Origin: Bacillota bacterium
GTDB taxonomy: Bacteria; Bacillota_I; Bacilli_A; RF39; UBA660
DNA: 64,000 nt
Direction: 5' to 3'
Assembly: GCA_015059365.1 (NCBI GenBank)
Contig: SVAO01000006.1
Span: 3,065 to 67,064, forward strand
In this document: positions 46,388 through 55,315 of the stretch, one piece after another
How positions within the stretch are numbered: the stretch's first letter is position 1
How the letters are laid out: each line of letters begins with the position of its first letter
Program-made: the position numbers and the translations under genes
The notes under the pieces: model-generated
Database searches by the model: none
What the model was told of the DNA's origin: nothing
Seen by the model: the letters and a program-made list of their open reading frames with translations, nothing else

Positions 46388-47023
46388 ATGAAAATTTCAG
46401 CATCTTTTTTAGGAATAAAAAATAACTTTGAAGAAAATATTATAAAGTTAGATAATACAACAATCGATTATTTGCACGTTGATATTATGGATGGAAAATT
46501 TGTCAATAATAAAACTTGTAAGTTTAAAGAAATTATGAAAGTATTAGATGAAACAAAAAAACCTAAAGATGTTCATTTAATGGTAAAGAATATAAAAAAA
46601 TATATTAGAAAATTTAAAAAGTTAAAACCAGAAATTATTACATTTCATTATGAAACATGTAAAAATTGTTTTGAAATAACTAGGATGTTAAAAAAGTATG
46701 GAATTAAATGTGGAATATCAATAAAACCTGATACCAAAGTAGAAAAAATAAAAACATATTTACCATATATTGATTTAGTATTAGTTATGAGTGTTGAACC
46801 AGGAATGGGGGGACAAGAATTTATTAATAGCTCTATTGAAAAAATAAAGTTATTAGATAGTTTAAGAAAAGAAAATAATTATCAATATTTAATAGAAGTA
46901 GATGGTGGAATTAATGACACTAATATTGATATTTTAAAAAATAATAATGTAGATATTGTGGTAGTAGGAAGTTATATTACAAATATGGATAATTATCAAG
47001 ACGGAATAGATAAAATATTATAA
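46388..47023 (+). CDS. rpe: ribulose-phosphate 3-epimerase
   Basis: HVDIMDGKFV, VMSVEPGMGGQEF and VDGGIN motifs. Confidence 0.88.
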   Translation: MKISASFLGIKNNFEENIIKLDNTTIDYLHVDIMDGKFVNNKTCKFKEIMKVLDETKKPKDVHLMVKNIKKYIRKFKKLKPEIITFHYETCKNCFEITRMLKKYGIKCGISIKPDTKVEKIKTYLPYIDLVLVMSVEPGMGGQEFINSSIEKIKLLDSLRKENNYQYLIEVDGGINDTNIDILKNNNVDIVVVGSYITNMDNYQDGIDKIL

Positions 47024-47072
47024 TTTGTCTATTTTCTTTTTTTATGGTAGAATATGCATCGCTGGTGAGATT

Positions 47073-48023
47073 ATGAGTAATTTAAAAGAAATAAAAAGGG
47101 AAGAAATAATTGAAGAAGTTAAAAAAGTGCCATTTGAATTACGTTCATCTATTAATTTAGATAGTAAATACACTTTTGGAGTAGAAATAGAGTTTGAGAA
47201 TGCTTGTTTAAGTAATTTTCAAAACATTGGTATATGGAAGTCAAAGAGTGAGAATATTATTTCCAAAATTACAGGAGAAGATATACTTGGTGGGGAATTA
47301 ACTAGTCCAATTTTACGTGATAATGAGGATTGTTGGAAAGAGATATACAAAAAGTGTAAAAAACTAATTCAATATAATGCAATGACTTCAGAATATACTG
47401 GAGGTCATATTCATATTGGGGCACAGGCTTTAGGAAATGATCCTACTAATATTAGAAAATTTTTAAAGTTATGGGAACTTTATGAAAATGTTATATATTA
47501 TTTTTCATATGGATATAGTAATAAACCAAGATTAGGTATTAATGTTTATGCACAACCAATAGGCGGAAAATTAAAACTAAATAGAAAATCACTAGAGGGT
47601 TATACTACTTTTGCTGGTTTTTATGGTTGGCTTCAAAAATTTTTTGGTGATGCTAAAAATAAAAAGTTAGGTATTAACTTTAAAAATTATCGCGGTTGGG
47701 AAGAAGATGAAAATAATACAATTGAATTTAGATGTCCAAATGGCATATTAGATTCTGCTATGTGGCAAAATAATATTAACTTTTTTACTAGATTAACGAT
47801 TAGCTCACATGGTCAAAACTGTGATGAAGAGTTATTAGATTATTTATTATCTAAAAAAAGTGACAGTGAATATAAATTGGATAACTTTGGGATAATAGAT
47901 ATTGATAAAGCTATTTATCTTAGTGATATGATTTATGATAAAGAAATAGACAAATTATTATTTTTAAAACAATATTTAAAATTATTTACAGAAGAAGAAA
48001 AAAGTAGAAATCATTCGGTATGA
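47073..48023 (+). CDS. amidoligase-family (glutamine synthetase-like fold, PF12224-type) protein
   Basis: FGVEIEFEN, GGELTSP, TGGHIHIGA and IEFRCPNG recapitulate the conserved strands of the putative-amidoligase family. Start at the ATG at 47073 after GGTGAG. Confidence 0.6.
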   Translation: MSNLKEIKREEIIEEVKKVPFELRSSINLDSKYTFGVEIEFENACLSNFQNIGIWKSKSENIISKITGEDILGGELTSPILRDNEDCWKEIYKKCKKLIQYNAMTSEYTGGHIHIGAQALGNDPTNIRKFLKLWELYENVIYYFSYGYSNKPRLGINVYAQPIGGKLKLNRKSLEGYTTFAGFYGWLQKFFGDAKNKKLGINFKNYRGWEEDENNTIEFRCPNGILDSAMWQNNINFFTRLTISSHGQNCDEELLDYLLSKKSDSEYKLDNFGIIDIDKAIYLSDMIYDKEIDKLLFLKQYLKLFTEEEKSRNHSV

Positions 48024-48712
48024 TTTCTATTTTTTATAAACTCTCTTAATAATTTAGTCAATGCTCTTTTTTCAATACGTGAGACATAACTTCTAGAAAT
48101 GCCTAATTCTTTTGCTATTTCTTTTTGTGTAATTTCATCATTATCGTCTAATCCATATCTTTTAATAATTATACTTTTTTCCTGGGTGGTTAAAACATTG
48201 AAATAGTTTTTTAATAATTCTAAGTTGTTTTTTGTATGTATATCCAAGGCAAAATCTGGCTTTGGAGTTTTTAAAATATCTAGAAATGTTATTTCATTTC
48301 CGTCTTTATCAAATCCAATTGATTCATTTATACTGACATTTTTACTATTTTTTTTATTATTTCGATAATACATCAATATTTCATTTTCAATGCATCTGGC
48401 ACAATAAGTAGTTATTCTTGTTCCTTTTTTATATGAAAACGAATCTATTCCTTTTATTAATCCAATAGTACCAATGCTAATTAAATCATCCGTATCATCT
48501 TTCTTTGTATCATACTTTTTTACAATATGGGCAACTAATCTTAAATTATGTTCAATTAATTTTGCTCTAGCGTCTTTATCACCAAGTTTTGAAAGTTCTA
48601 TATATTTTTCTTCGTCTTCCTTGGAAAGTGGATCTGGAAACAAGTTATTTGAATAAGCTGCACTGAAAATGTAAAAATCTTTAAATAAGTATTTTAATAT
48701 TTTTTTTAACAT
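48011..48712 (-). CDS. sigK: RNA polymerase sporulation sigma factor pro-sigma-K (uninterrupted)
   Basis: NNLFPDPLSKEDEEKYIEL..GDKDARAKLIEHNLRLVAHIVKKY...DLISIGTIGLIKGIDSF...ISRSYVSRIEKRAL is collinear with B. subtilis SigK. The 3' end overlaps the convergent amidoligase gene by 13 nt. Confidence 0.9.
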   Translation of the reverse strand: MLKKILKYLFKDFYIFSAAYSNNLFPDPLSKEDEEKYIELSKLGDKDARAKLIEHNLRLVAHIVKKYDTKKDDTDDLISIGTIGLIKGIDSFSYKKGTRITTYCARCIENEILMYYRNNKKNSKNVSINESIGFDKDGNEITFLDILKTPKPDFALDIHTKNNLELLKNYFNVLTTQEKSIIIKRYGLDDNDEITQKEIAKELGISRSYVSRIEKRALTKLLREFIKNRNHTE

Positions 48713-48831
48713 AAATCACATCCTAATAAAATTTATGCTTTTATATTAAAAATTTATTTTGTCCAATATTTTTAATATAAAAAAAGGATATAAGAAAGTT
48801 AAGTAGAATGTTAAGAGTGAGGGAGGGATTT

Positions 48832-50538
48832 ATGAAAAAAATAATTTTAGTAGTTATATTTTTATTTGTTGGTATGGTTAAAGTTGGTGCGAAAGAAATT
48901 TATTATTCAGAGTATGGTAATTTTAGTGATTATTTGTTGCAACCATATCAGTCTTCGGAGTTAGTTAATGTAGAAACAGAAAGGAGATATAGATATTATG
49001 ACGAGGTAAAAATTGGACAATATAAAACATATTTAGATGACGTTTCTAATTTTAATTTTATTGATTTTAATGATATGAAAAATAATGATTTTAGTAAGTG
49101 GAGTGATGAGAAACCAAAAGAACAATATAAAAGAATTATAGAAACAAAGACTTTTTATAAAGTAAAAAGGCCTAAACCGGTTAAAAATATTAATTTTATT
49201 AATACACTAGAAGGTACAATTGAACTAAATAATATAGAAGTTTATTATTTGAATGAAAAAATTGATTATGAATCATCAATTGAAAATGGAGAGGAGTATC
49301 GTCTTAATTTTTGGGATAGTTTAACACTAGATTTAAGAGATTATTATGATTTACAAAAATTAATTATTAAGATTGGAAACGTTGAATTTAATGGATTAGA
49401 TGAACTTTTAATTACAGCGGCTATTCCATCAGATGATAATTCATATCAAATAAACTATTTTAGTGTAAATCTAAATAATGATAATACTAAGAATATAGTG
49501 TTAAATGCTGATGATTGGATTAAAGCAAATCCTGATTATTATGAAGAAGAAATTGTTGATAATAAAGAAAATGCAGATTTATCTATAATTAATGAAGTCA
49601 TTCTTTATCGTTACCAAGATCCGTTATTTTATTTTTATAATATTGAAAAGCGATATGTTGATGGTTATTTTGTAGATTATCCAGGAATGATTAAAGATGA
49701 AAATGATTATCAAGATTATTATAGGTATCAGGTCAGGGATAAAGTAGAGGTTTCAAAAGAAATTGTAGTTGATAATTATAATCAACAATTATCTGATTTT
49801 ATAAATTCTACAGTTGATTATGATATAATCACAAATTTAGATATTAATAAGAATGGCATTTATCAAGTAAACTACAAAACTGATTTTGTTGATATTAAAA
49901 AAGAGGTTAGAGTAAATATTAAAGAAAATGATTTAAAGGAATCTCGTAAAGAATATGAACAATTAAATAGTGAACTTAACAATCTAAAACAACAGTATGA
50001 AATTAAACAGTTTGAATTGAATGAAATAAAAAATAATTATGAAGAATTGCTTGTTGATAATAATAATTTAAATTTAGAATTGGAAAATGTTAAGAAAGAG
50101 AATTTGAATCTTGTAAATATTTGTGATGATTACGATAATATAAGTTATGTTTTAAATCAATATATTAATAAATATAATATTCTGCAAAATGAAAATAACA
50201 AATTAAAACAACAATATTACAATTTATTAGATATTAATGAAAAATATATTTTAGATAATGAAAATTTAAATTTTAAATTTAATACTGTTCAAAATGAAAA
50301 TGAAAAGCTAAAGATTGATTTGAATGATATTAAAAATAATAGTGAAATCTTAAATAAAAAATTAAATTTGAGTAAACAAGCATATAAATATTTACAATCC
50401 CACTTTTTAAAAATAAATAATGAGAAATCTAGATGTTTAAATAAAATAAATTTATTTTGGATTATTTTAATTTCAGTAATACTAATCTGTTTAATAATAA
50501 TATTTATAAAAAAATTGTCTAACAAAAATAAGGGCTAG
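48832..50538 (+). CDS. hypothetical secreted/membrane-anchored coiled-coil protein
   Basis: GGGAGGG SD. Signal peptide MKKIILVVIFLFVGMVKVGA, then a roughly 370-aa Tyr/Asn/Asp-rich region and about 170 aa of heptad-like N/L/E/K repeats. C-terminal TM helix LFWIILISVILICLIIIFI. Confidence 0.7.
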   Translation: MKKIILVVIFLFVGMVKVGAKEIYYSEYGNFSDYLLQPYQSSELVNVETERRYRYYDEVKIGQYKTYLDDVSNFNFIDFNDMKNNDFSKWSDEKPKEQYKRIIETKTFYKVKRPKPVKNINFINTLEGTIELNNIEVYYLNEKIDYESSIENGEEYRLNFWDSLTLDLRDYYDLQKLIIKIGNVEFNGLDELLITAAIPSDDNSYQINYFSVNLNNDNTKNIVLNADDWIKANPDYYEEEIVDNKENADLSIINEVILYRYQDPLFYFYNIEKRYVDGYFVDYPGMIKDENDYQDYYRYQVRDKVEVSKEIVVDNYNQQLSDFINSTVDYDIITNLDINKNGIYQVNYKTDFVDIKKEVRVNIKENDLKESRKEYEQLNSELNNLKQQYEIKQFELNEIKNNYEELLVDNNNLNLELENVKKENLNLVNICDDYDNISYVLNQYINKYNILQNENNKLKQQYYNLLDINEKYILDNENLNFKFNTVQNENEKLKIDLNDIKNNSEILNKKLNLSKQAYKYLQSHFLKINNEKSRCLNKINLFWIILISVILICLIIIFIKKLSNKNKG

Positions 50539-50541
50539 TTT

Positions 50542-50558
50542 TGTCGAATTTGTATAAT
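50542..50558 (+). promoter_or_regulatory. Spo0A-box-like heptamer TGTCGAA next to a TATAAT -10, upstream of the spoIIAA-like/sigF operon
   Basis: TGTCGAA (50542-50548) is the exact 0A-box consensus. The overlapping GTCGAAT also fits the sigma-H -10 consensus RnnGAAT. TATAAT lies at 50553-50558. Confidence 0.35.
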
Positions 50559-50600
50559 TTTTAAAATTCATGTGCTAAATTATTATAGCGAGGTGATAAC

Positions 50601-50948
50601 TTGTTAGATATTAATTATGAATTTAGAAAAGGTATACTGTTTATTAGATTAACAGGGGTTTTAAATAAGAATACTGTTAGTAAGTTGCAAAATGAAGTAA
50701 CAGATATGATTAAAGATAATGGTATTAGAAATGTTGTATTTAATGTCGAAGAGTTAAATGTTATTGATATCAAGGGAATTAATAGTTTACTAGATAATTA
50801 TGAACTATGTCATAATAATAATGGGATTAGTTTATTATGTGGCTTAAAAAATTCTTTGGTTCGTCATCGTATTGAAAATAGTAGACTATTAAGATATATG
50901 AATGAAACTAGTGATGAATTAAGTGCTTTTAATATTATAAATCTATAA
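50601..50948 (+). CDS. spoIIAA: STAS-domain anti-anti-sigma factor (SpoIIAA-like) lacking the phosphorylatable serine
   Basis: TTG start after GAGGTGA. Gap-free alignment to B. subtilis SpoIIAA (ILFIRLTGVLNKNT / VLCIRLTGELDHHT). The DSSG phosphosite reads DIKG here. Confidence 0.7.
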   Translation: MLDINYEFRKGILFIRLTGVLNKNTVSKLQNEVTDMIKDNGIRNVVFNVEELNVIDIKGINSLLDNYELCHNNNGISLLCGLKNSLVRHRIENSRLLRYMNETSDELSAFNIINL

Positions 50949-50957
50949 GGAGAGAAT

Positions 50958-51623
50958 ATGAACGAAGAATTGTCTAAGTTGATTATTGATAATGAAAACT
51001 TAATTTATAGAATAACGCATTTTTTTAATAATTATTCAAACAAGGAAGATCTTTTTCAAGTAGGTTGTATTGGTTTAATAAAAGCTTACAATAATTATAG
51101 GGATGATTATAATACTAAATTTACGACTTATGCATATCCATATATTTTAGGTGAAATCAAGAAATATATTAGAGAAGATAAAGGGATTAAAGTAAGTCGC
51201 GATATCACTAAGTTAAATTTAAAAATTGAAAGAGCATATTTGGTTTTATCTCAAAAAATAATGAGAGAACCAAGCATTAAAGAAGTATCAGAATATTTAG
51301 GTATAGATGAATATTATATTAGTGAGGCTCTATGTGCTAATAACGCTTTACAAAGTTTAGATGAGCCAATCATTAATAATGGTAAAGAATTAACTTTATA
51401 TGATACAGTTTCAAAAGTTGAATCCATGGATATTGATACATTAATAGCGTTAAAACGTGAATTATCACTATTAAATAGTAAAGATTACCAAATAATTAGT
51501 GAACATTATTTACAAGATAAAACCCAAAGTGAAATAGCAGAAAGCCTAGGAATAAATCAAGTACAAGTATCACGTCGAGAACAAAAGATTTTAAAAAAAT
51601 TAAAAGACAAACTAGTTGCTTAA
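50958..51623 (+). CDS. sigF: sporulation sigma factor of the SigF/SigG/SigB group (best candidate for sigma-F)
   Basis: DLFQVGCIGLIKAYNNY, FTTYAYPYILGEIKKYIRED, KVSRD, QSEIAESLGINQVQVSRREQKILKKLK. Lies immediately after the STAS gene. Confidence 0.75.
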   Translation: MNEELSKLIIDNENLIYRITHFFNNYSNKEDLFQVGCIGLIKAYNNYRDDYNTKFTTYAYPYILGEIKKYIREDKGIKVSRDITKLNLKIERAYLVLSQKIMREPSIKEVSEYLGIDEYYISEALCANNALQSLDEPIINNGKELTLYDTVSKVESMDIDTLIALKRELSLLNSKDYQIISEHYLQDKTQSEIAESLGINQVQVSRREQKILKKLKDKLVA

Positions 51624-51883
51624 GTTTGTCTTTTAGTTTCTAAAAATTTTTCTAAGGCTGGAAGACCATATTCTTTATTATAATAATCAGGATATTCATA
51701 TAAATGGGCTAATGCAATTTTTGCGGTCATAATAGTATCATTATTAGTAACATTAGTAAATTCGTTATAATTACCATGTTCTAATTCAATATTATACCCG
51801 TTAATAAAATCTTGGATTGAAAATGTATCTAATTTTACATTTAGGTTATTAATAATATTAACAGCTTCTTTTAGTTCAATCAT
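51620..51883 (-). CDS. DUF5661-like small protein
   Basis: GYNIELEHG...TNVTNNDTIMTAKIALAHLYEYPDYY matches the family as I recall it. Start set at MIELKE after GAGGTG. Confidence 0.6.
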   Translation of the reverse strand: MIELKEAVNIINNLNVKLDTFSIQDFINGYNIELEHGNYNEFTNVTNNDTIMTAKIALAHLYEYPDYYNKEYGLPALEKFLETKRQT

Positions 51884-51961
51884 AAAACACCTCACTATAT
51901 TATATAAAGTTATTTTCAAAACGATAAAAATAATATATAATTATTCTTAGGAGATGATAAG

Positions 51962-52663
51962 ATGACACCGCATATAGAGGCTAAAAAAGAAGATATTGCG
52001 AAAATCGTTTTAATGCCTGGAGACTCATTACGTGCAGAAATGATAGCAAAAGAGTTTTTGGAAAATCCTCGGCTTGTCAATAAATTACGCAATAATTTAA
52101 CATATACAGGGACTTATAAGGGAAAAGAAGTAACAGTTATGGCTTCTGGAATGGGAATGCCTAGTATGGGTATATATTCTTATGAACTATTTAAGTTTTA
52201 TGATGTAGATAGTATTATACGATTAGGGACTGCAGGCGCATATACTAAAGATTTAAATTTATATGATGTTTTATTAGTAAATGCAGTTTATTCAGATTCT
52301 AGTTATGCTAAGGTGCAAAACGGAAGTGAAGAATCTTTAATAACTGGTTCTAGTAATTTAAATTTTTATCTTCAACAAGCAGCTAGCAATTTAAATATTC
52401 CCATTACAATCGCAAACATATATTGTACAGATGTATTTTATAAAGAAAAGCAAAATTTTAAAGAAATATATAATAAACATGGTTGTTTAGCTCAAGAAAT
52501 GGAAAGTTTTTCTTTGTTTCATAATGCACAAGTTTTAAATAAAAAAGCAGCTTGTCTTCTTACTATATCAGATAATATGGAAACTCATGAAGAAACAACT
52601 CCATTAGAAAGACAAGAAAGTTTTAAAAAAATGGTAGAAATAGCGTTAGAATCGATATTATAA
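51962..52663 (+). CDS. deoD: purine-nucleoside phosphorylase, DeoD type
   Basis: MTPHIEAKKEDIAKIVLMPGDSLRAEMIAKEFLE...TGTYKGKEVTVMASGMGMPS is collinear with E. coli DeoD. Confidence 0.9.
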   Translation: MTPHIEAKKEDIAKIVLMPGDSLRAEMIAKEFLENPRLVNKLRNNLTYTGTYKGKEVTVMASGMGMPSMGIYSYELFKFYDVDSIIRLGTAGAYTKDLNLYDVLLVNAVYSDSSYAKVQNGSEESLITGSSNLNFYLQQAASNLNIPITIANIYCTDVFYKEKQNFKEIYNKHGCLAQEMESFSLFHNAQVLNKKAACLLTISDNMETHEETTPLERQESFKKMVEIALESIL

Positions 52664-52704
52664 AATATCGATTTTAACGTATACTAAAGGAAGAGGTGAA
52701 CAAA

Positions 52705-53973
52705 ATGAACTATAAAAAATATGATATGCTTTCATATAATCTTCATTGCGTGCAGGTAGATAAATTTAGGAAATCAAAGGTAGTTATTAATTTTAAGAGA
52801 AAAGTAAAAAAAGAGGAAATTACTATGCGTAGTTTGCTTTCTAAAGTATTATTAGAATCCAGTATGAAATATCAAACAAGCAGATTAATGTCTATTGAAA
52901 TAGAAAATCTTTATAATGCAATATTAAATTCATCATCTTTTTTATCAGGTAATTATGCTGTAATGAACTTTGAATGTTTATTTTTAAATGATGAATGGGT
53001 AGAAGATAACTTGTTTAATAAGGTAATTGATTTTATGTTAGAAATAATTAATAATCCTCATGTTATAGATTTAGAGTTCTTTGAAAAAAGTTTTGATTTA
53101 GCCAAATCTTCTTTGGAACAAGAAATTGTATCTATTAAAGACAATTCAAATCGTTATGGTGCGATAAGGTTAAATGAAGAAATTGAGCCTAACTCAGTAT
53201 TATCTTATAACGCTGTAGGATATTTAGATGATTTAAAAAAAATTACAGCAAAATCTTTGTATGAATATTATAAAACAGTTATAAAAAACGATTTGGTAGA
53301 TATTTTTATTATTTCACCAAAAGGTTCAGAGGAAATTAAAGATATTTTTAATTCGAAATTTAAATTAAATACTCTAAAAAAGAAAAGTTCTAGTCATTTT
53401 GTAACATATAATAAATATCGTTCACGTAATAAAATAGTTCATGAAAAAAGCGAGTTTCAACAAAGTAAAATATTTGTTGCTTGCAAATTTGATAAATTAA
53501 CTGATTTTGAAATTAAGTATGTTAGTGCCATTTATTCTTATATTCTTGGTGGAGGACCTTCTTCTAAATTATTTACTGTAGTTAGAGAAGAAAATTCTCT
53601 TTGTTATTCTATTTCTAGTTTTTTTAAATTAGTTTATCAGGTCCTTATTATTTCGGCTGGAATTAATGCGAAGGATTTTAAAAAATGCCTTAGATTAATA
53701 AAAAGGGAATTAAAGAATATGGAACAAGGTAAGTTTGAATTGGAGAAAATTGAAGAAGCAAAGATAACATATTTAAATAGTTTTAAAGAAATAAAAGATT
53801 CACCTTCTAGTATTTTGGGAACTTATATTAGTCATGAATATTTAGGAATAGATTTAATTGAACAAAGGGAAAAAAATATTAATAAAGTTACTAAGGATAT
53901 GATAGTAGAATTCGCTAAAAAAGTGCATGTTGATACTGTTTATGTTTTAGAAGGAAGTGATTCTGATGAATAA
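52705..53973 (+). CDS. M16-family peptidase-like protein lacking the HxxEH zinc motif (YmfF-like non-catalytic partner)
   Basis: About 420 aa, with M16 C-terminal-domain-like segments. No HxxEH. Overlaps the downstream M16 gene. Confidence 0.65.
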   Translation: MNYKKYDMLSYNLHCVQVDKFRKSKVVINFKRKVKKEEITMRSLLSKVLLESSMKYQTSRLMSIEIENLYNAILNSSSFLSGNYAVMNFECLFLNDEWVEDNLFNKVIDFMLEIINNPHVIDLEFFEKSFDLAKSSLEQEIVSIKDNSNRYGAIRLNEEIEPNSVLSYNAVGYLDDLKKITAKSLYEYYKTVIKNDLVDIFIISPKGSEEIKDIFNSKFKLNTLKKKSSSHFVTYNKYRSRNKIVHEKSEFQQSKIFVACKFDKLTDFEIKYVSAIYSYILGGGPSSKLFTVVREENSLCYSISSFFKLVYQVLIISAGINAKDFKKCLRLIKRELKNMEQGKFELEKIEEAKITYLNSFKEIKDSPSSILGTYISHEYLGIDLIEQREKNINKVTKDMIVEFAKKVHVDTVYVLEGSDSDE

Positions 53974-55246
53974 GATAGAGTTAAAACATTTAAATCAAAC
54001 AGTTTATCATAATAGATTAGATAATGGTTTGAATGTTTATGTTCTTCCTAAGAATGATGTTAATAATATATATGCAACATTCACAACTAATTACGGTTCA
54101 AATGAAGTAGAATTTGTACCAATTGGTGAAAAAAAGATGATAAAAGTTCCACTAGGAATTGCACATTTTTTAGAACATAAAATGTTTGAACAAGAAGATG
54201 GCGTAGATCCTTTTCAATTTTTTGGAGAACGTGGTAGTGACGCTAATGCTAATACTAATAATTATAAAACTACATATTTATTTTCTGGTCCTGAATTTTT
54301 TGAAGAAAATATTAATTGTTTATTAGATTATGTTCAATCACCATATTTTACAGATGAAAACGTAGAAAAGGAAAAAGGCATTATTGAACAAGAAATAAAA
54401 ATGTATCAAGATGATTCATATACGAAATTATATGAGGCAATATTATCTAATTCATTAATAAACAATCCTATGAAAGATCCGATAATTGGGGATATTAAAA
54501 ATGTTAGAACTATTACAAAAGAAGATTTATATAAATGTTATAATACTTTTTACCATCCTTCAAATATGTTTGTAGTTGTTACTGGTAATGTAGAACCAGA
54601 AAATGTTTTTAAAATCATTGAAGAGAATCAAGCTAAAAAGAAATTTCCAAAACAAAACGAAATAATAGTAAAAGATTTTAAAGAACCGGATAAAGTAAAA
54701 AAGAAAAAAGAAGTTATTAAGATGAATGTAACCGTTCCTAAAATTTCAATTAATTATAAAATTAATTGTGATAAAATTAAAGATATATCTCCTAGAAGAG
54801 TAAGACAATATCTTTCGTTGTTTTTTGATATTAAATTTGGTTCAACTTCGCTTGCTAATGAAAAATTAAGAGAAGAAAAAATAATTACAGATTCTATAGA
54901 TGGTGTTGTTGTTGATGCCATATCTCATGTTATTTATTGTACGGCTTGCGAAACAGAAAAAGAGGATTTATTTATTGAAGCAATAACTAAAGAAATAAAA
55001 AATAAAGAAGTATCGAAAGAAGAATTAGAACGTAAGAAAAAATCTATCATTAGTAGTTTAATATTTATGAGTGATAATATTTTTAGACTTAATGATAAAG
55101 TTACTGCAGATTTAAATAGATATCAAGAAATAATAAATAATAATTATGAAGAAATAAAAAGTTTAAATATTGACGAATTTAATAAAGTGATAGAACAAAT
55201 AGATTTTAGTAATTATAATATAGTGATAGTGAAAAAGGATGTGTAA
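53966..55246 (+). CDS. M16-family zinc peptidase (YmfH-like, HxxEH present)
   Basis: GIAHFLEHKMFE inverted zinc-binding motif and downstream EKGIIEQEI. Confidence 0.8.
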   Translation: MNKIELKHLNQTVYHNRLDNGLNVYVLPKNDVNNIYATFTTNYGSNEVEFVPIGEKKMIKVPLGIAHFLEHKMFEQEDGVDPFQFFGERGSDANANTNNYKTTYLFSGPEFFEENINCLLDYVQSPYFTDENVEKEKGIIEQEIKMYQDDSYTKLYEAILSNSLINNPMKDPIIGDIKNVRTITKEDLYKCYNTFYHPSNMFVVVTGNVEPENVFKIIEENQAKKKFPKQNEIIVKDFKEPDKVKKKKEVIKMNVTVPKISINYKINCDKIKDISPRRVRQYLSLFFDIKFGSTSLANEKLREEKIITDSIDGVVVDAISHVIYCTACETEKEDLFIEAITKEIKNKEVSKEELERKKKSIISSLIFMSDNIFRLNDKVTADLNRYQEIINNNYEEIKSLNIDEFNKVIEQIDFSNYNIVIVKKDV

Positions 55247-55258
55247 GCATCCTTTTTG
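55235..55258 (+). terminator. Rho-independent terminator
   Basis: AAGGATG-tgtaag-CATCCTT followed by TTT. Overlaps the stop codon. Confidence 0.65.
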
Positions 55259-55284
55259 ACATAAATATTAACCTTTGTTATAAT
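55256..55284 (+). promoter_or_regulatory. sigma-A promoter (extended -10)
   Basis: TTGACA (55256-55261), 17 nt, TGtTATAAT (-10 at 55279-55284). Confidence 0.65.
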
Positions 55285-55315
55285 TTTATATATTAAAACT
55301 GCTAGGAGATTTATT

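Noticed and set aside
48011-48712. Possible skin-like intervening element or split sigK
   Set aside because: sigK is one continuous 233-codon ORF collinear with full-length pro-sigma-K. No recombinase gene is nearby.
48713-48760. sigma-E-like -10 element CATAAATT upstream of sigK (minus strand), and the same octamer upstream of the YlmC/YmxH gene (61748-61755)
   Set aside because: Both sit only 15-17 nt from the start codon, so the SD would barely be transcribed. I found no convincing -35. Such A/T-rich octamers are expected by chance in this genome.
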